Shown here piece by piece: positions 1 through 9,466 of a stretch of 64,000 nt of DNA (positions are counted from its first letter, which is position 1; each line of letters begins with the position of its first letter). Where the stretch lies: positions 31,538 through 95,537 of the forward strand of contig JAYWGM010000041.1 in assembly GCA_043778225.1 (NCBI GenBank), in the 5' to 3' direction. Position numbers and translations under genes: made by a program. Origin of the DNA: Deinococcales bacterium (GTDB lineage Bacteria > Deinococcota > Deinococci > Deinococcales > JAAFIG01). A model generated the notes under the pieces. That model was not told the DNA's origin. It saw only the letters and a list, made by a program, of their open reading frames with translations, and did no database searches.

Positions 1-928
1 AATGCGGCTGAGTCTCGAGGAAATCCGAGTCATCCACAATTTCAAGAATAACGTTGTGCATCGGGTACGGTTTACGCTGGTCTGGATGAATAATCTCGAG
101 CAAACGCGGAGTTTTGCGCTGTTTGGAATCCTTAGAAATTTGCAAAGGTGTGGTTTGTTTGGCATTGCTTGGCAAGTACGACAACAACAGCTTTATTTTC
201 TCGAGGACATCGCGGTCGTTGTTGCCTTCCAGATGACAGACCCCAGATTTAGAACTGTGGACATCTGCGCCACCGAGTTCCTCGAAGGTCACATCTTCTC
301 GAGTCACGCTTTTTATTACTTCTGGACCAGTGATAAACATATAGCTGCTGCCTCGAGCCATAACAATAAAATCGGTCAGGGCTGGGCTATAGACTGCACC
401 TCCGGCACATGGACCAAGAATCGCACTGATTTGTGGCACGACCCCACTGTAAATCGCATTGCGATAAAAAATTTCGCCGTACCCAGATAAACTGTCCACG
501 CCTTCTTGAATCCTTGCGCCAGCCGAATCATTTAAGCCAATAATCGGACAGCCAACTTTGACCGCTAAATCCATGACCTTGGTGATTTTAGCGGCGTTCA
601 TTTTGCCAAGGCTACCGCCCAACACCGTAAAATCTTGACTAAAAACACAGACTTTGCGTCCATGAACTGTACCAAAGCCTGTGACCACGCCTTCGCCCGG
701 TACATCCACACCTGCCATTAAGTGGCTCTCGAGGTGTTCGACAAAAACACTGGTTTCAACAAAACTGCCTGTGTCCAAAAGCACTTCGATTCGTTCTCGA
801 GCGGTCAGTTTACCTTGGTCGTGTTGTTTTTTTTGTTTTTCAAAACCTCCACCAAGGTGCAGGGCTTTGCGCCGTTCTTCCATCTCGGCGAGGGCGGCTT
901 GGAAAAAACCAACAGCGTTATCAGACAT
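1..928 (-). CDS. pccB: Acyl-CoA (propionyl/methylmalonyl-CoA-type) carboxylase, carboxyltransferase beta subunit; 3' end runs off the window
   Basis: Not in the ORF track; manual translation from ATG at 928: MSDNAVGFFQ...GKLTARERIEVLLD...GEGVVTGFG...SQDFTVLGGSLG...DSAGARIQEG...SGVVPQISAILGPCAGGAVYSPALTD, hallmark carboxyltransferase motifs. Start overlaps the acuC stop (TAATG). Confidence 0.88.
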   Translation of the reverse strand, partial: MSDNAVGFFQAALAEMEERRKALHLGGGFEKQKKQHDQGKLTARERIEVLLDTGSFVETSVFVEHLESHLMAGVDVPGEGVVTGFGTVHGRKVCVFSQDFTVLGGSLGKMNAAKITKVMDLAVKVGCPIIGLNDSAGARIQEGVDSLSGYGEIFYRNAIYSGVVPQISAILGPCAGGAVYSPALTDFIVMARGSSYMFITGPEVIKSVTREDVTFEELGGADVHSSKSGVCHLEGNNDRDVLEKIKLLLSYLPSNAKQTTPLQISKDSKQRKTPRLLEIIHPDQRKPYPMHNVILEIVDDSDFLETQPH

Positions 929-2058
929 TACGAAATTCTACTATTTTTCCACATCTCGAGGAGTTCTGTTACGGTTTGGGTATTGGTGGCTTCAATAAGG
1001 CTACGCCGTGGAATCTCGAGCGGCGTGTCGGTCATGAGGTGTGGCAGGATTTCGCTGCTTTGGGGTTGCCACGTCTCGAGCCATGTTTGCGGCACAGCAT
1101 TTGGCAATTGGATATGCTCGAGGGCTGCGTACAATTCTGCCCAGATTCGCGGCACAGCATGAAGCGTGGCATAACCACCGCCGCCCGTAGCAAGTATTTT
1201 TCCATTGGTGTACTGGGCTGCCAGTTGCACAATTAAGCGGTAGGCTTTGGCGTAGCCTTGGGTGGTCAGACCCAAATCTGCCAGTGGGTCAAATTCATGT
1301 GCATCTGCGCCACCTTGCAACACCAGCACATCGGGCTTAAACCATGAAAGCGCCGGCGTAAGAACCCGCTCTAATACCTCAAGAAACGACTCATCTTGGG
1401 TGTACGGCTCGAGCGGCACGTTGAGGCTGTAGCCCATGCCAGCGCCGCGTCCGAGTTCATAAGTTGCGCCAGTCCCCGGAAATAAATAGCGCCCCGTTTC
1501 GTGCAAAGAAATCGTTAAGACATTGTTTTCGCTGTAATGCAGCCATTGCACACCATCGCCGTGATGTGCGTCTATATCGAGGTACGCGACCCGTAAACCT
1601 TGCGCCGTCAAATGCCGAATCGCAATAGACAAGTCGTTGTAGACACAAAAACCACTGCCTGAAGCCAATTGCGCGTGATGCAAGCCACCAGCTAAACTCA
1701 GCACTTTTTGGGCAATGCCAGAAGCAATCAGCCGTGCGCCCTCGAGTGTGCCACCACAAACCGAAGCTGTGGCATTGTGCATTCCAGCAAAAATTGGTGT
1801 GTCGGACGTTCCAATGCCGTACTCGAGCGCATCTGGCACAGACTCAAGGTTCGAGGCTCGCATCACGCGCTGCACATAACCACGCGAATGGGTGGTCAAA
1901 ATATCTTCAAGACTGGCTGGTAAAAAATCTTTGACCAAAAGCGGCACACCAAAGCACTCAAGTAAATGCTTAACGGCCTCAGGGCGAATACTCTTGAACG
2001 GATGATGCTGCCCAAGGTCGTAAGAAAGCGTGACAGGATTAAATAAAAAGGTCGTCAT
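928..2058 (-). CDS. acuC: Acetoin utilization protein AcuC / HDAC-family Zn-dependent lysine deacetylase
   Basis: GGLHHA, SGFCVYND, YLDIDAHHGDGVQ, SLHETG, GGGGY motifs; adjacent to acuA-like gene. Confidence 0.9.
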   Translation of the reverse strand: MTTFLFNPVTLSYDLGQHHPFKSIRPEAVKHLLECFGVPLLVKDFLPASLEDILTTHSRGYVQRVMRASNLESVPDALEYGIGTSDTPIFAGMHNATASVCGGTLEGARLIASGIAQKVLSLAGGLHHAQLASGSGFCVYNDLSIAIRHLTAQGLRVAYLDIDAHHGDGVQWLHYSENNVLTISLHETGRYLFPGTGATYELGRGAGMGYSLNVPLEPYTQDESFLEVLERVLTPALSWFKPDVLVLQGGADAHEFDPLADLGLTTQGYAKAYRLIVQLAAQYTNGKILATGGGGYATLHAVPRIWAELYAALEHIQLPNAVPQTWLETWQPQSSEILPHLMTDTPLEIPRRSLIEATNTQTVTELLEMWKNSRIS

Positions 2059-2666
2059 CCGCGCAGCCCACCTTCGAGAAAACGCAAACGGTCAAATTCT
2101 GCTTTTAATTCTTCGCTTGCGCCCTCACCCACTCGAGCCATGAGGGAATTACCGGGATAGTAGGCAATTTCGGGGTCATCGGTCTTAAAAATCTGAAAGC
2201 CAACACTGCCATACATCCGCTCGAGTAATTTGCGGTAAGCATGGCTGGTCAAACCCGTGTTATCCAAATCAAAATGCCACTGGTAAATCGTGGCTATCAC
2301 AATTTTATTGTTGTACCGCCCAGTCCCAATACCAACCTCGAGCAGTGTCCGCGCCAAATGCCGCCCACGATGGGTTTTACTGGTCTCGACCGCCCCCAAC
2401 TCGAGCAAGCCAGCCACTCGAGAACCGCTCCAACGTTCAATTTCATCTGGTGGATGAAAAGTCGCATAGCCAATAATCCGATGTGCCAATTTAGCAATGC
2501 AAACGCAACTATCGTCAGAATTAGCAATGCTGACCAGCGCTTCTTTTTGCAATTCGGGTTCTCGAAAAACATTGAGGCTTTGTTCCATCTCGAGCCGCGC
2601 AATTAAATTCGGGTCGGCACAAGGCAGCACTTCGATACTGCCATACGGACTCGAGATTAGACGCAT
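2055..2666 (-). CDS. acuA: AcuA-like GNAT acetyltransferase
   Basis: IIGYATFHPPDEIERW, LLELGAVE, WHFDL, TDDPEI...NSLMARVG resemble Bacillus AcuA; coupled to acuC. Confidence 0.85.
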   Translation of the reverse strand: MRLISSPYGSIEVLPCADPNLIARLEMEQSLNVFREPELQKEALVSIANSDDSCVCIAKLAHRIIGYATFHPPDEIERWSGSRVAGLLELGAVETSKTHRGRHLARTLLEVGIGTGRYNNKIVIATIYQWHFDLDNTGLTSHAYRKLLERMYGSVGFQIFKTDDPEIAYYPGNSLMARVGEGASEELKAEFDRLRFLEGGLRG

Positions 2667-2670
2667 AAGG

Positions 2671-3498
2671 CTATTCTACTGTTTTAATTGGTCTCGAGTC
2701 GTCCGAAACCCAATCTGACCAACTGCCTGCATAGAGTTTCGCACCGTGCAGCCCACCAAGCTCGAGCGAAAGCAAATTGGCACAAGCACTGACCCCACTA
2801 CCGCAATACACAATCGTGTCCGCAGCAGTCTCGAGGTCAAAGCGTTGGCGTTGGGCGTTGGCATCTTTCCAAAAGCCATTTTCCAGAGCGCTTGCCCAGA
2901 CTATATTTTGGGCATCTGGGATATGCCCAGCTTTTTTATCGAGCGGTTCGATTTCGCCACGGTAACGTTCTGGCGCTCGAGAATCAATTAAAATTGTGCC
3001 AGTTGCTCGAGTTGCCACATCCTCGGCACTTGCTAACATCTCTGGGCGCACTCGAGGAACAAAAAGGCTTTTAGGATGTGCTGGCGTGTCAGTCTCGAGC
3101 GAACCCGTCCACGCACCAATCCCACCATCCAAAACTTTTACTTGGTCATGCCCAAGGTAACGCAGCAACCACCACAAATGCGCCGCGTAAAACCCCTGCC
3201 CAGAACTTGGGTCGTCGTAAGCCACAATTAAATGCTGGTTGCCAATGCCAAGGCTCGAGAGTCGGGCTGCCAAAATTTCTGGGTTTGGCAGAGGATGCCG
3301 CCCTCCTGTGCCATTTGGGTGTTTGGCACTCGAGAGGTCGGTTTCTAAGTCCAAAAAAATGGCGTTTGGGATATGCCCAGCAAGGTACGCCTCGAGACCT
3401 ACCGAAGGTTTGCCCAGCCAAAAACGTGTGTCCACAATCCGAATATCTGGGTTTCTAATGTTCTCGAGCAGCCAAGTTGAACTTACGAGTGGATTCAT
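2671..3498 (-). CDS. Tandem-rhodanese sulfurtransferase (SseA/TST family)
   Basis: GHIPNA, GRHPLP, active-site YCGSGVSAC, LYAGSWSDW. Confidence 0.9.
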   Translation of the reverse strand: MNPLVSSTWLLENIRNPDIRIVDTRFWLGKPSVGLEAYLAGHIPNAIFLDLETDLSSAKHPNGTGGRHPLPNPEILAARLSSLGIGNQHLIVAYDDPSSGQGFYAAHLWWLLRYLGHDQVKVLDGGIGAWTGSLETDTPAHPKSLFVPRVRPEMLASAEDVATRATGTILIDSRAPERYRGEIEPLDKKAGHIPDAQNIVWASALENGFWKDANAQRQRFDLETAADTIVYCGSGVSACANLLSLELGGLHGAKLYAGSWSDWVSDDSRPIKTVE

Positions 3499-4949
3499 GC
3501 TTTATTATGCACAATTTCTGCCCATGCCGCCAAATAATCTACCGTCCAGTGCATTAGTTTTTCGACGCTACCGACTGTAAAATACTCGTCGGGCGCATGA
3601 GCGCGGTCGCCGTGTCCCGTCCCCGCTATCGAAAACGGAATTTGCTTCCCGAGTGTGGTCAGTAAACTGGCTGGACAACAATTATTGGCAATTGCCCAAA
3701 CCGAAAGCGGTACTTGGTGGGCGGCGGCGACCACTCGAGCTGCTTGGAGCAAAGTGTCATCGGCTTCGGGCAGCGCGGCGGCGGCGCTATAACCACGCAA
3801 CTGGCGCAACTTGACCATATTGTGACCGCGCTTATTCAAATGCTCTTGCACCAAATCTGCCACCTCTTCTGGGGTCACTCCCGGCGGAAAACGAATGTCC
3901 ACTTTGGCTCGAGCCTTGCCTGGCATATTGGTGTAGTACACATCGTCTTGGTAGCCGCCTTGCACACCCTGAACATTGATTGTGGCTGCCAACATATAGT
4001 GGGCTAAATGCTCGGAGAGGCGCTTGCCACCTAAAAACTTTTTGACATTCAAGTTGTGCAACATATTGGCTTCCCACTGCGGGTTATCCAAAAATAATTG
4101 CTCGAGTTGCTGTACTTCGGGGCTATCGGGCTGGACTGGAAGCTCGAGGCGTTCGGTCAAACCATCCACAGTCAGGCGCTGCTCGTCGGTGTAGAGCGTG
4201 CCAAGGGCTCTGACCAAGCGCATTAGGGGCGCATCTATCCAAGCGCTGTTGCCCGCCCAGACGTGGCGCGAATCAGCCGTACCGCCCCATGCTCCGCCGT
4301 TGCACTCGAGGGTCGCAAAGAGTGTTCCCTTAAAAGCCCGGCGCAGCGTCATTGTGCCAGCGCTGTTTTGCTGCATACAAGGCAGCCATGCACCCTGAGC
4401 TTTCTCGAGGAGTTCGCGGTGCTGTTCGACAAAAGCCGCCATGCTGGGGCTGCCAATTTCTTCTTCGCCTTCGATTAAGTAAATTAAGTTTACTGGCATT
4501 TCTGTGCCGCTCTCGAGGATGGCAGCCACACCAAGAATACTTGCCAACACGGGTCCTTTATGGTTATTCGCGCCGCGCCCAACCACAATCTGCCCAAGGT
4601 GCGGCAATAACCCAAGGTCAGCAGCTTCAACAATCCGCGCCTCGAGTGGCGGCACAGACCATTCTTCTTCCCAAGTCGGGGTGATGTCGTACAAGCCATA
4701 AACCAGTAACCACGGTGCATTGGGGTTACTCGAGCGAACTGTCCCCATCACCATTGGATGCCCAGCCGTTGGGTAAACGGCTGCATCTGGCGCGATGCGT
4801 TGCAAAAGATTCTTGGCGTATTCCGCACCCTCGAGTATTCCCACGCCCGTATCGGAAAAACTTGGTACGCGAATCCAGTCGCGCACCGCCTCGAGTGATT
4901 CGGTGGCTCGAGACGTAATTAAATCGTGGGTGATTTTATAATCATTCAT
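3495..4949 (-). CDS. M20/M25/M40 family metallo-hydrolase (dipeptidase-like)
   Basis: YGLYD, GRGANNHKG, EGEEEIGSP, AHAPDEY; some usual metal ligands (YGHYD, DDKG) are altered. Confidence 0.8.
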   Translation of the reverse strand: MNDYKITHDLITSRATESLEAVRDWIRVPSFSDTGVGILEGAEYAKNLLQRIAPDAAVYPTAGHPMVMGTVRSSNPNAPWLLVYGLYDITPTWEEEWSVPPLEARIVEAADLGLLPHLGQIVVGRGANNHKGPVLASILGVAAILESGTEMPVNLIYLIEGEEEIGSPSMAAFVEQHRELLEKAQGAWLPCMQQNSAGTMTLRRAFKGTLFATLECNGGAWGGTADSRHVWAGNSAWIDAPLMRLVRALGTLYTDEQRLTVDGLTERLELPVQPDSPEVQQLEQLFLDNPQWEANMLHNLNVKKFLGGKRLSEHLAHYMLAATINVQGVQGGYQDDVYYTNMPGKARAKVDIRFPPGVTPEEVADLVQEHLNKRGHNMVKLRQLRGYSAAAALPEADDTLLQAARVVAAAHQVPLSVWAIANNCCPASLLTTLGKQIPFSIAGTGHGDRAHAPDEYFTVGSVEKLMHWTVDYLAAWAEIVHNKA

Positions 4950-5857
4950 TTTTTATCAATCCCTAATTGGTTGCGCCATTGTGCAATACTTTTTCCAAGT
5001 ACCTGATTTTGCAGTGTTTTGGGGTAAAAGATTGTATTAATTTGAGAGTCGTAAATACGCCAGATTTTACCAAAATTATCTGATTCTTTTTCAAAAACTG
5101 TGCCTTTCAGTTGATAGGCAACACTTTTTGTTTTGGTTTTATTCAAAGCAGCTTCGGCAGTAGGAGGAAGTTCGATTCGCCTAGCAGCCGAAACGTTACC
5201 TTGGTTAAATTCTCGTACACCACCTGCTAACCAGATGTTATCACGGCGCTGGGCTAAAGCTCGAGCATTGCCAATATAGGGTTCTAAAAGTTTTGGCGTA
5301 CCAGAAATAAGTTTGGTCATGCACCACGGAAAAAGTACCAGCAGGGAATCATCACGAATAAGATTGGGCGCAGCTTCAAAGCGAGCCGTAATGTCGTCAA
5401 TTGCAAATACAAACCATGATTTTATTTCGATAGATAAAAGAAAACGCTTATGCTGACGGTCAACCAAGTATAAATCTGGGAATTGTACTGCGTTGCGAAC
5501 AAATTCTAAATTAGGGTCGGTTGTCCAACTGCTTTTCAAAGCAGAATTCAGTTGTGTACCAATAAGCTCTTCAATACCTTGCCCAACGTAATTGTTAAAG
5601 CGATTAAGCAACCCAAGATACCCTTTGCATTGTTGAGCCAAAGTTTCTTCTTCATCATTATGGCTTGCCAAATTTGCTGTCTCCAATTCAATCGCTTCAA
5701 ACCGAGGCATTGAAATCTCGAGGTCATCATGTAAAAGCATTCCCGCCAAACCAAAAATCGCTTTTTTTATTCGTGCAGTCATGTCTGGATGGGTAGACTC
5801 GAGTAATCCAGTCGCAAAATGGTATTCGGTTTGTTGAGTCAAACTCAGTGTTTTCAT
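4946..5857 (-). CDS. Putative type II restriction endonuclease (PD-(D/E)xK)
   Basis: FPDLYL...SIEIKSW matches PD-xn-ExK; lies downstream of an HTH gene and divergent from a DNA methyltransferase; AT-rich. Confidence 0.6.
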   Translation of the reverse strand: MKTLSLTQQTEYHFATGLLESTHPDMTARIKKAIFGLAGMLLHDDLEISMPRFEAIELETANLASHNDEEETLAQQCKGYLGLLNRFNNYVGQGIEELIGTQLNSALKSSWTTDPNLEFVRNAVQFPDLYLVDRQHKRFLLSIEIKSWFVFAIDDITARFEAAPNLIRDDSLLVLFPWCMTKLISGTPKLLEPYIGNARALAQRRDNIWLAGGVREFNQGNVSAARRIELPPTAEAALNKTKTKSVAYQLKGTVFEKESDNFGKIWRIYDSQINTIFYPKTLQNQVLGKSIAQWRNQLGIDKK

Positions 5858-6099
5858 ACGATTTCCTCTATGTACTCGAGAATGTCGCTAACTTGAATGG
5901 TTTTACCAGTCAATTGCCGTAAGCCCAAAATCACAAGGGACAGGGTACTTAAATCAACTCGAGTTGGTTCTTGTCCAATCCGTACTAAACGATAAATTGT
6001 ATTTGGACGGGTTTTTTCAGCAAGGATACGGGCTAGTGCGTAAGCACTTTTTCCTTCTTGCTCGAGCAAAGAACGAAGTTTCCAACGGGTTTTTGGCAT
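5854..6099 (-). CDS. Small XRE-like HTH regulator, probable R-M controller protein
   Basis: 81 aa, KSAYALARILAEKTRPNTIYRL helix-turn-helix; ATGA-coupled to the nuclease gene. Confidence 0.7.
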   Translation of the reverse strand: MPKTRWKLRSLLEQEGKSAYALARILAEKTRPNTIYRLVRIGQEPTRVDLSTLSLVILGLRQLTGKTIQVSDILEYIEEIV

Positions 6100-6107
6100 G
6101 ATACACA

Positions 6108-6162
6108 GTAACCGACACGCTTTATCTGTTACCAGTTGCGCTATTTGTTACCATGATATGAT
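6108..6162. promoter_or_regulatory. Divergent control region of the R-M cassette: TGTTACCA direct repeats plus a -10 box for a probably leaderless MTase transcript
   Basis: TGTTACCA at 6127-6134 and 6146-6153, inverted GTAAC at 6108-6112; TATGAT at 6157-6162, 6 nt before ATG 6169. Confidence 0.45.
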
Positions 6163-6168
6163 GGTTGT

Positions 6169-7203
6169 ATGTCCGTTTCTGTGCTGACTCAAGCAATGCC
6201 AAGCCGTTTTGAACCCCAAACCATTCAAAGCGCCCAGGTGTTTTTAGCTGATGCCTTGGATGTTTATTCGCTTTGGGCAACTCCGACCATTATTTTTTCA
6301 GATGGAGCGTATGGTATCGGTGGTTTTGCTGGCGACCCCGTTCAGCCATCGGGTTTACGAGAATGGTACGAACCTCATGTGCGTCAATGGTCAGCCAAAG
6401 CCAATGGTCAAACAACCCTTTGGTTCTGGAATACCGAAGTTGGTTGGGCAACTGTTCATCCCTTGCTACTCGAGTATGGCTGGGAATACCGTGGCTGTAA
6501 TATATGGGATAAAGGCATTGGACATATTGCTGGAAATGCCAATACCAAAACCTTACGAAAATTTCCTGTTGTCACCGAAGTATGCGCTCATTACACCAAA
6601 GCAGTTCGTTTTGATTTTCAGGGACAGCAGCTTTCGATGCAGCAATGGTTACGCGCCGAGTGGTTACGGACAGGCTTACCGTTAAGTAAAACTAATCAGG
6701 CTTGTGGTGTGGTAAATGCGGCTACCCGAAAATACTTTACCAATTGCCACTTATGGTATTACCCTCCCGTAGAAATGTTTGAAAAAATTGTTGAATATGC
6801 CAATCGTTACGGAGAGCTTTCCCAACGACCCTATTTTTCAGTCAATGGTCTCGAGCCACTATCGGCTTTAGAATGGGGGCAAATGCGAGCAAAATTTAAG
6901 CTCGAGTACGGGATTACCAATGTTTGGTCTACACCACCAGTGCGTGGCACGGAACGACTCAAAAACAGTCATGGTACACTCCACGCCAATCAAAAGCCAC
7001 TTTCTTTAACTGAACGTTTAATTCTTGCAACTTCTGAACCCAACGACATCATTTGGGAACCATTCGGTGGACTTGCCACCGCAGCCCTAGCCGCAATTCT
7101 CAATGACCGTCAGTGCCTAACTGCCGAGATTTCAGAATCTACCTATAAAGACGCAATTCAAAGACTACGGCTCGAGTCAGAGCGCCTTGCTTTGAATTTC
7201 TAA
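6169..7203 (+). CDS. Site-specific DNA amino-methyltransferase (N4-C/N6-A), beta class
   Basis: N-terminal catalytic-type motif IFSDGAYG, central WDKG, C-terminal HANQKP...IIWEPFGGLAT SAM-binding motif. Confidence 0.82.
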   Translation: MSVSVLTQAMPSRFEPQTIQSAQVFLADALDVYSLWATPTIIFSDGAYGIGGFAGDPVQPSGLREWYEPHVRQWSAKANGQTTLWFWNTEVGWATVHPLLLEYGWEYRGCNIWDKGIGHIAGNANTKTLRKFPVVTEVCAHYTKAVRFDFQGQQLSMQQWLRAEWLRTGLPLSKTNQACGVVNAATRKYFTNCHLWYYPPVEMFEKIVEYANRYGELSQRPYFSVNGLEPLSALEWGQMRAKFKLEYGITNVWSTPPVRGTERLKNSHGTLHANQKPLSLTERLILATSEPNDIIWEPFGGLATAALAAILNDRQCLTAEISESTYKDAIQRLRLESERLALNF

Positions 7204-7223
7204 TCTTTGAATTTAGGTCTGGT

Positions 7224-8399
7224 TCATAACGCCTCGGCAGCCGCAAAACCAGCTTCAAGGTCTGCCCAGAGGTCTTCAGGATGCTCGAGTCCAATGCTCA
7301 GGCGAATCAAATTTTTAGGCACATCAAAACGCACAAATGGATTGAGCGAGTCGCGCCGTTGAAAGCCCAGTACCGCCGGAAAAACCAGACTCTCAAAGCC
7401 GCCCCAACTGACCCCGAGCTTAAAATACTCGAGCCGATTAATAAAGCGCTTGATTGCGTCAGTATCGGCTTTAATTTCAAAACTCAATAAGCCACTTGTG
7501 CCATCTAGCCGTGCCGCCAAGTCGCGTTGGGCAAAACTTTTTAAGCCCGGATAGTTTACTCGAGCTACCAGAGCATGAGCTTCTAAGCGCGAGGCAAACT
7601 CGAGCGCACTTTTTTGGTGGGCTGCCATCCGCAAGGGTAAGGTTCGTAAGCCGCGCAACAACAACCAAGCCTCGAATGGCGCAAGTTTCCCGCCCAGCAC
7701 CGTATACTCGAGCGCGTTGATGCGTTTAATGTCGGCACTGCGCCCGACCAGCACACCCGCCACAGTATCCGAATGTCCACCAATGTATTTGGAGGCGCTG
7801 TGCAGTACCATGTCTATGCCGTACTCGAGCGGACGCTGGAAAATCGGAGTTGCCCACGAATTGTCTATGATGGTAAAGACCCCGTGTTCTTTGGCTAAGG
7901 CTGCCACAGCACTTAAATCTTGCAAATGAAAAAGCAGACTACTTGGACTCTCGAGGTAGAGTAAACTCGCACCAGGCAAGGCTCGAGCAATCGCATCTAA
8001 GTCGCGTCCGTCTACAAACTCAACTTCGATGCCGTAGCGTGGCGCAAGTTGGGTCAGGAACTTAAAAGCATCGGGGTAACAGCCCTCGACACAAACCACC
8101 CGTGACCCTGTTTGGGTCTGTGCCAAAATGGCGGTGCTGATGGCTGCCATGCCGCTCGAGAAGGCTCGGGCTTGTTCACCACGCTCGAGTTCAGCCATTT
8201 TCTGCTCGAAGACCTCGACGCTTGGGTTGTTACCACGTGAATACAGATGATGGCTGTCCGAGTCTACAAAGGCGGATTCCATTTGCTCAAAGGATTCAAA
8301 CGTAAACAACGAAGTCTGATAAATCGGTGGGACAACCGCTCCAAACGGGTAGCTCGAGTCGTGTGCCAGAATTGTTTGTGGATGACTCGATTTAGCCAT
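7224..8399 (-). CDS. PLP-dependent trans-sulfuration family enzyme (cystathionine gamma-synthase/beta-lyase-like)
   Basis: PPIYQTSLF, YSRGNNP, FSSGMAAI, DNSWATP, HSASKYIGGHSD, GVSWGGFESL. Confidence 0.9.
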   Translation of the reverse strand: MAKSSHPQTILAHDSSYPFGAVVPPIYQTSLFTFESFEQMESAFVDSDSHHLYSRGNNPSVEVFEQKMAELERGEQARAFSSGMAAISTAILAQTQTGSRVVCVEGCYPDAFKFLTQLAPRYGIEVEFVDGRDLDAIARALPGASLLYLESPSSLLFHLQDLSAVAALAKEHGVFTIIDNSWATPIFQRPLEYGIDMVLHSASKYIGGHSDTVAGVLVGRSADIKRINALEYTVLGGKLAPFEAWLLLRGLRTLPLRMAAHQKSALEFASRLEAHALVARVNYPGLKSFAQRDLAARLDGTSGLLSFEIKADTDAIKRFINRLEYFKLGVSWGGFESLVFPAVLGFQRRDSLNPFVRFDVPKNLIRLSIGLEHPEDLWADLEAGFAAAEAL

Positions 8400-8401
8400 G
8401 T

Positions 8402-9466
8402 TTACGAGCCTGCCCCGGCAATGGGAGCGTGCAACTGACGCAACAGTGCATACTCGTCAAAGACCGTCCACTCGCGCACAACCTTACCGCCCTGCAACCA
8501 TGTGTGGGTCATCCCGAGCAAGCGTATCGGGCGACCACTAACTGGACCATACGCTCCAGGACCTTCGTGTGTACCTCGCAGTGTCCAGCGCGTCGCCACG
8601 CGCCAGCCGCGTGTTACATTACCGAGTACCGCAAGATGATCAATGGTAAGGCTCAAATCAGGAAACTGCGCCAGCAATCCCAGCACATAGCCCTCGTAAT
8701 CGCCGTGTCCGTACAGCGCCCGCCCGCCTGGAACCCAAGCAACCATGCCGACAGCAAAATGTTCGCGCACCAAGTTGATCATCCGTGCATTAAAAATGTT
8801 ATGCAGCAAAGCCCGCACAAAGCCCTCGGGGTTCTCGGAACTTGGTACATCCAGAAATGTCGGCGCAAACTGCCCAAGCCTCTGACCACTTTCGCTGGCG
8901 GGCAGCGCAGGGAGCGGCGCGGAACTCCGAGCCAGAGCCAGTGGGTCGTACCCAAGTTGGCGCAGTTCTGCACCCATGTCCGAAGCAATCCATTCCTCAT
9001 AGATGCGGTTCTCGCGTATGGCGCAGTCAGCTACCACCCACCGTCCAATGCGGCGGTTGGTGGGCGGTCCAAAATCGGTGTGACCTGTATTCACACCAAC
9101 CGTAAAAATGCGATGCGAAGTATAGAACCCACCCTGACCATCAGCGCACCAAATCACATCGTCGGCAAACGAACGGTAATCGCTAAAAGCCGCCAGCCGC
9201 TTCAAAGTTCCACGCACCACCGCCTCCGCGCCGTAAGTCAGACCGAGCGTGCTGTGCATTGTGACATTACTGGCATAATGGGTGTAGATTAAGCCCACAG
9301 CCCGTTCCTCCCAGATGCGGTGCGTGCAGCGCACAATGTAATCCACAATGTCAACATAATGCGCCTCGAAACCCTCGAGTGCTTGGTGTCGTTCTGTGCC
9401 CGTTGCCAATGCAAAATCAGAGATGTCGGGATGATTGGCAAAGTCAAAATTGATTTCGTCACTCAT
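8402..9466 (-). CDS. Tandem SnoaL/NTF2-like 'ester cyclase' protein
   Basis: YIVRCTHRIWEER, FPDLSLTIDH, RWTLRGTHEG...SGRPI, REWTVFDE; paralogue of 15855-16964. Confidence 0.75.
   Translation of the reverse strand: MSDEINFDFANHPDISDFALATGTERHQALEGFEAHYVDIVDYIVRCTHRIWEERAVGLIYTHYASNVTMHSTLGLTYGAEAVVRGTLKRLAAFSDYRSFADDVIWCADGQGGFYTSHRIFTVGVNTGHTDFGPPTNRRIGRWVVADCAIRENRIYEEWIASDMGAELRQLGYDPLALARSSAPLPALPASESGQRLGQFAPTFLDVPSSENPEGFVRALLHNIFNARMINLVREHFAVGMVAWVPGGRALYGHGDYEGYVLGLLAQFPDLSLTIDHLAVLGNVTRGWRVATRWTLRGTHEGPGAYGPVSGRPIRLLGMTHTWLQGGKVVREWTVFDEYALLRQLHAPIAGAGS

Noticed and set aside
2..490. 162-aa plus-strand ORF, and ORFs 681-998 and 722-1162
   Set aside because: Antisense shadows of the carboxyltransferase and acuC genes on the minus strand.
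6169..7203. This MTase as the cause of CTCGAG enrichment
   Set aside because: Specificity cannot be read from sequence, and the cassette looks accessory whereas the motif is backbone-wide.
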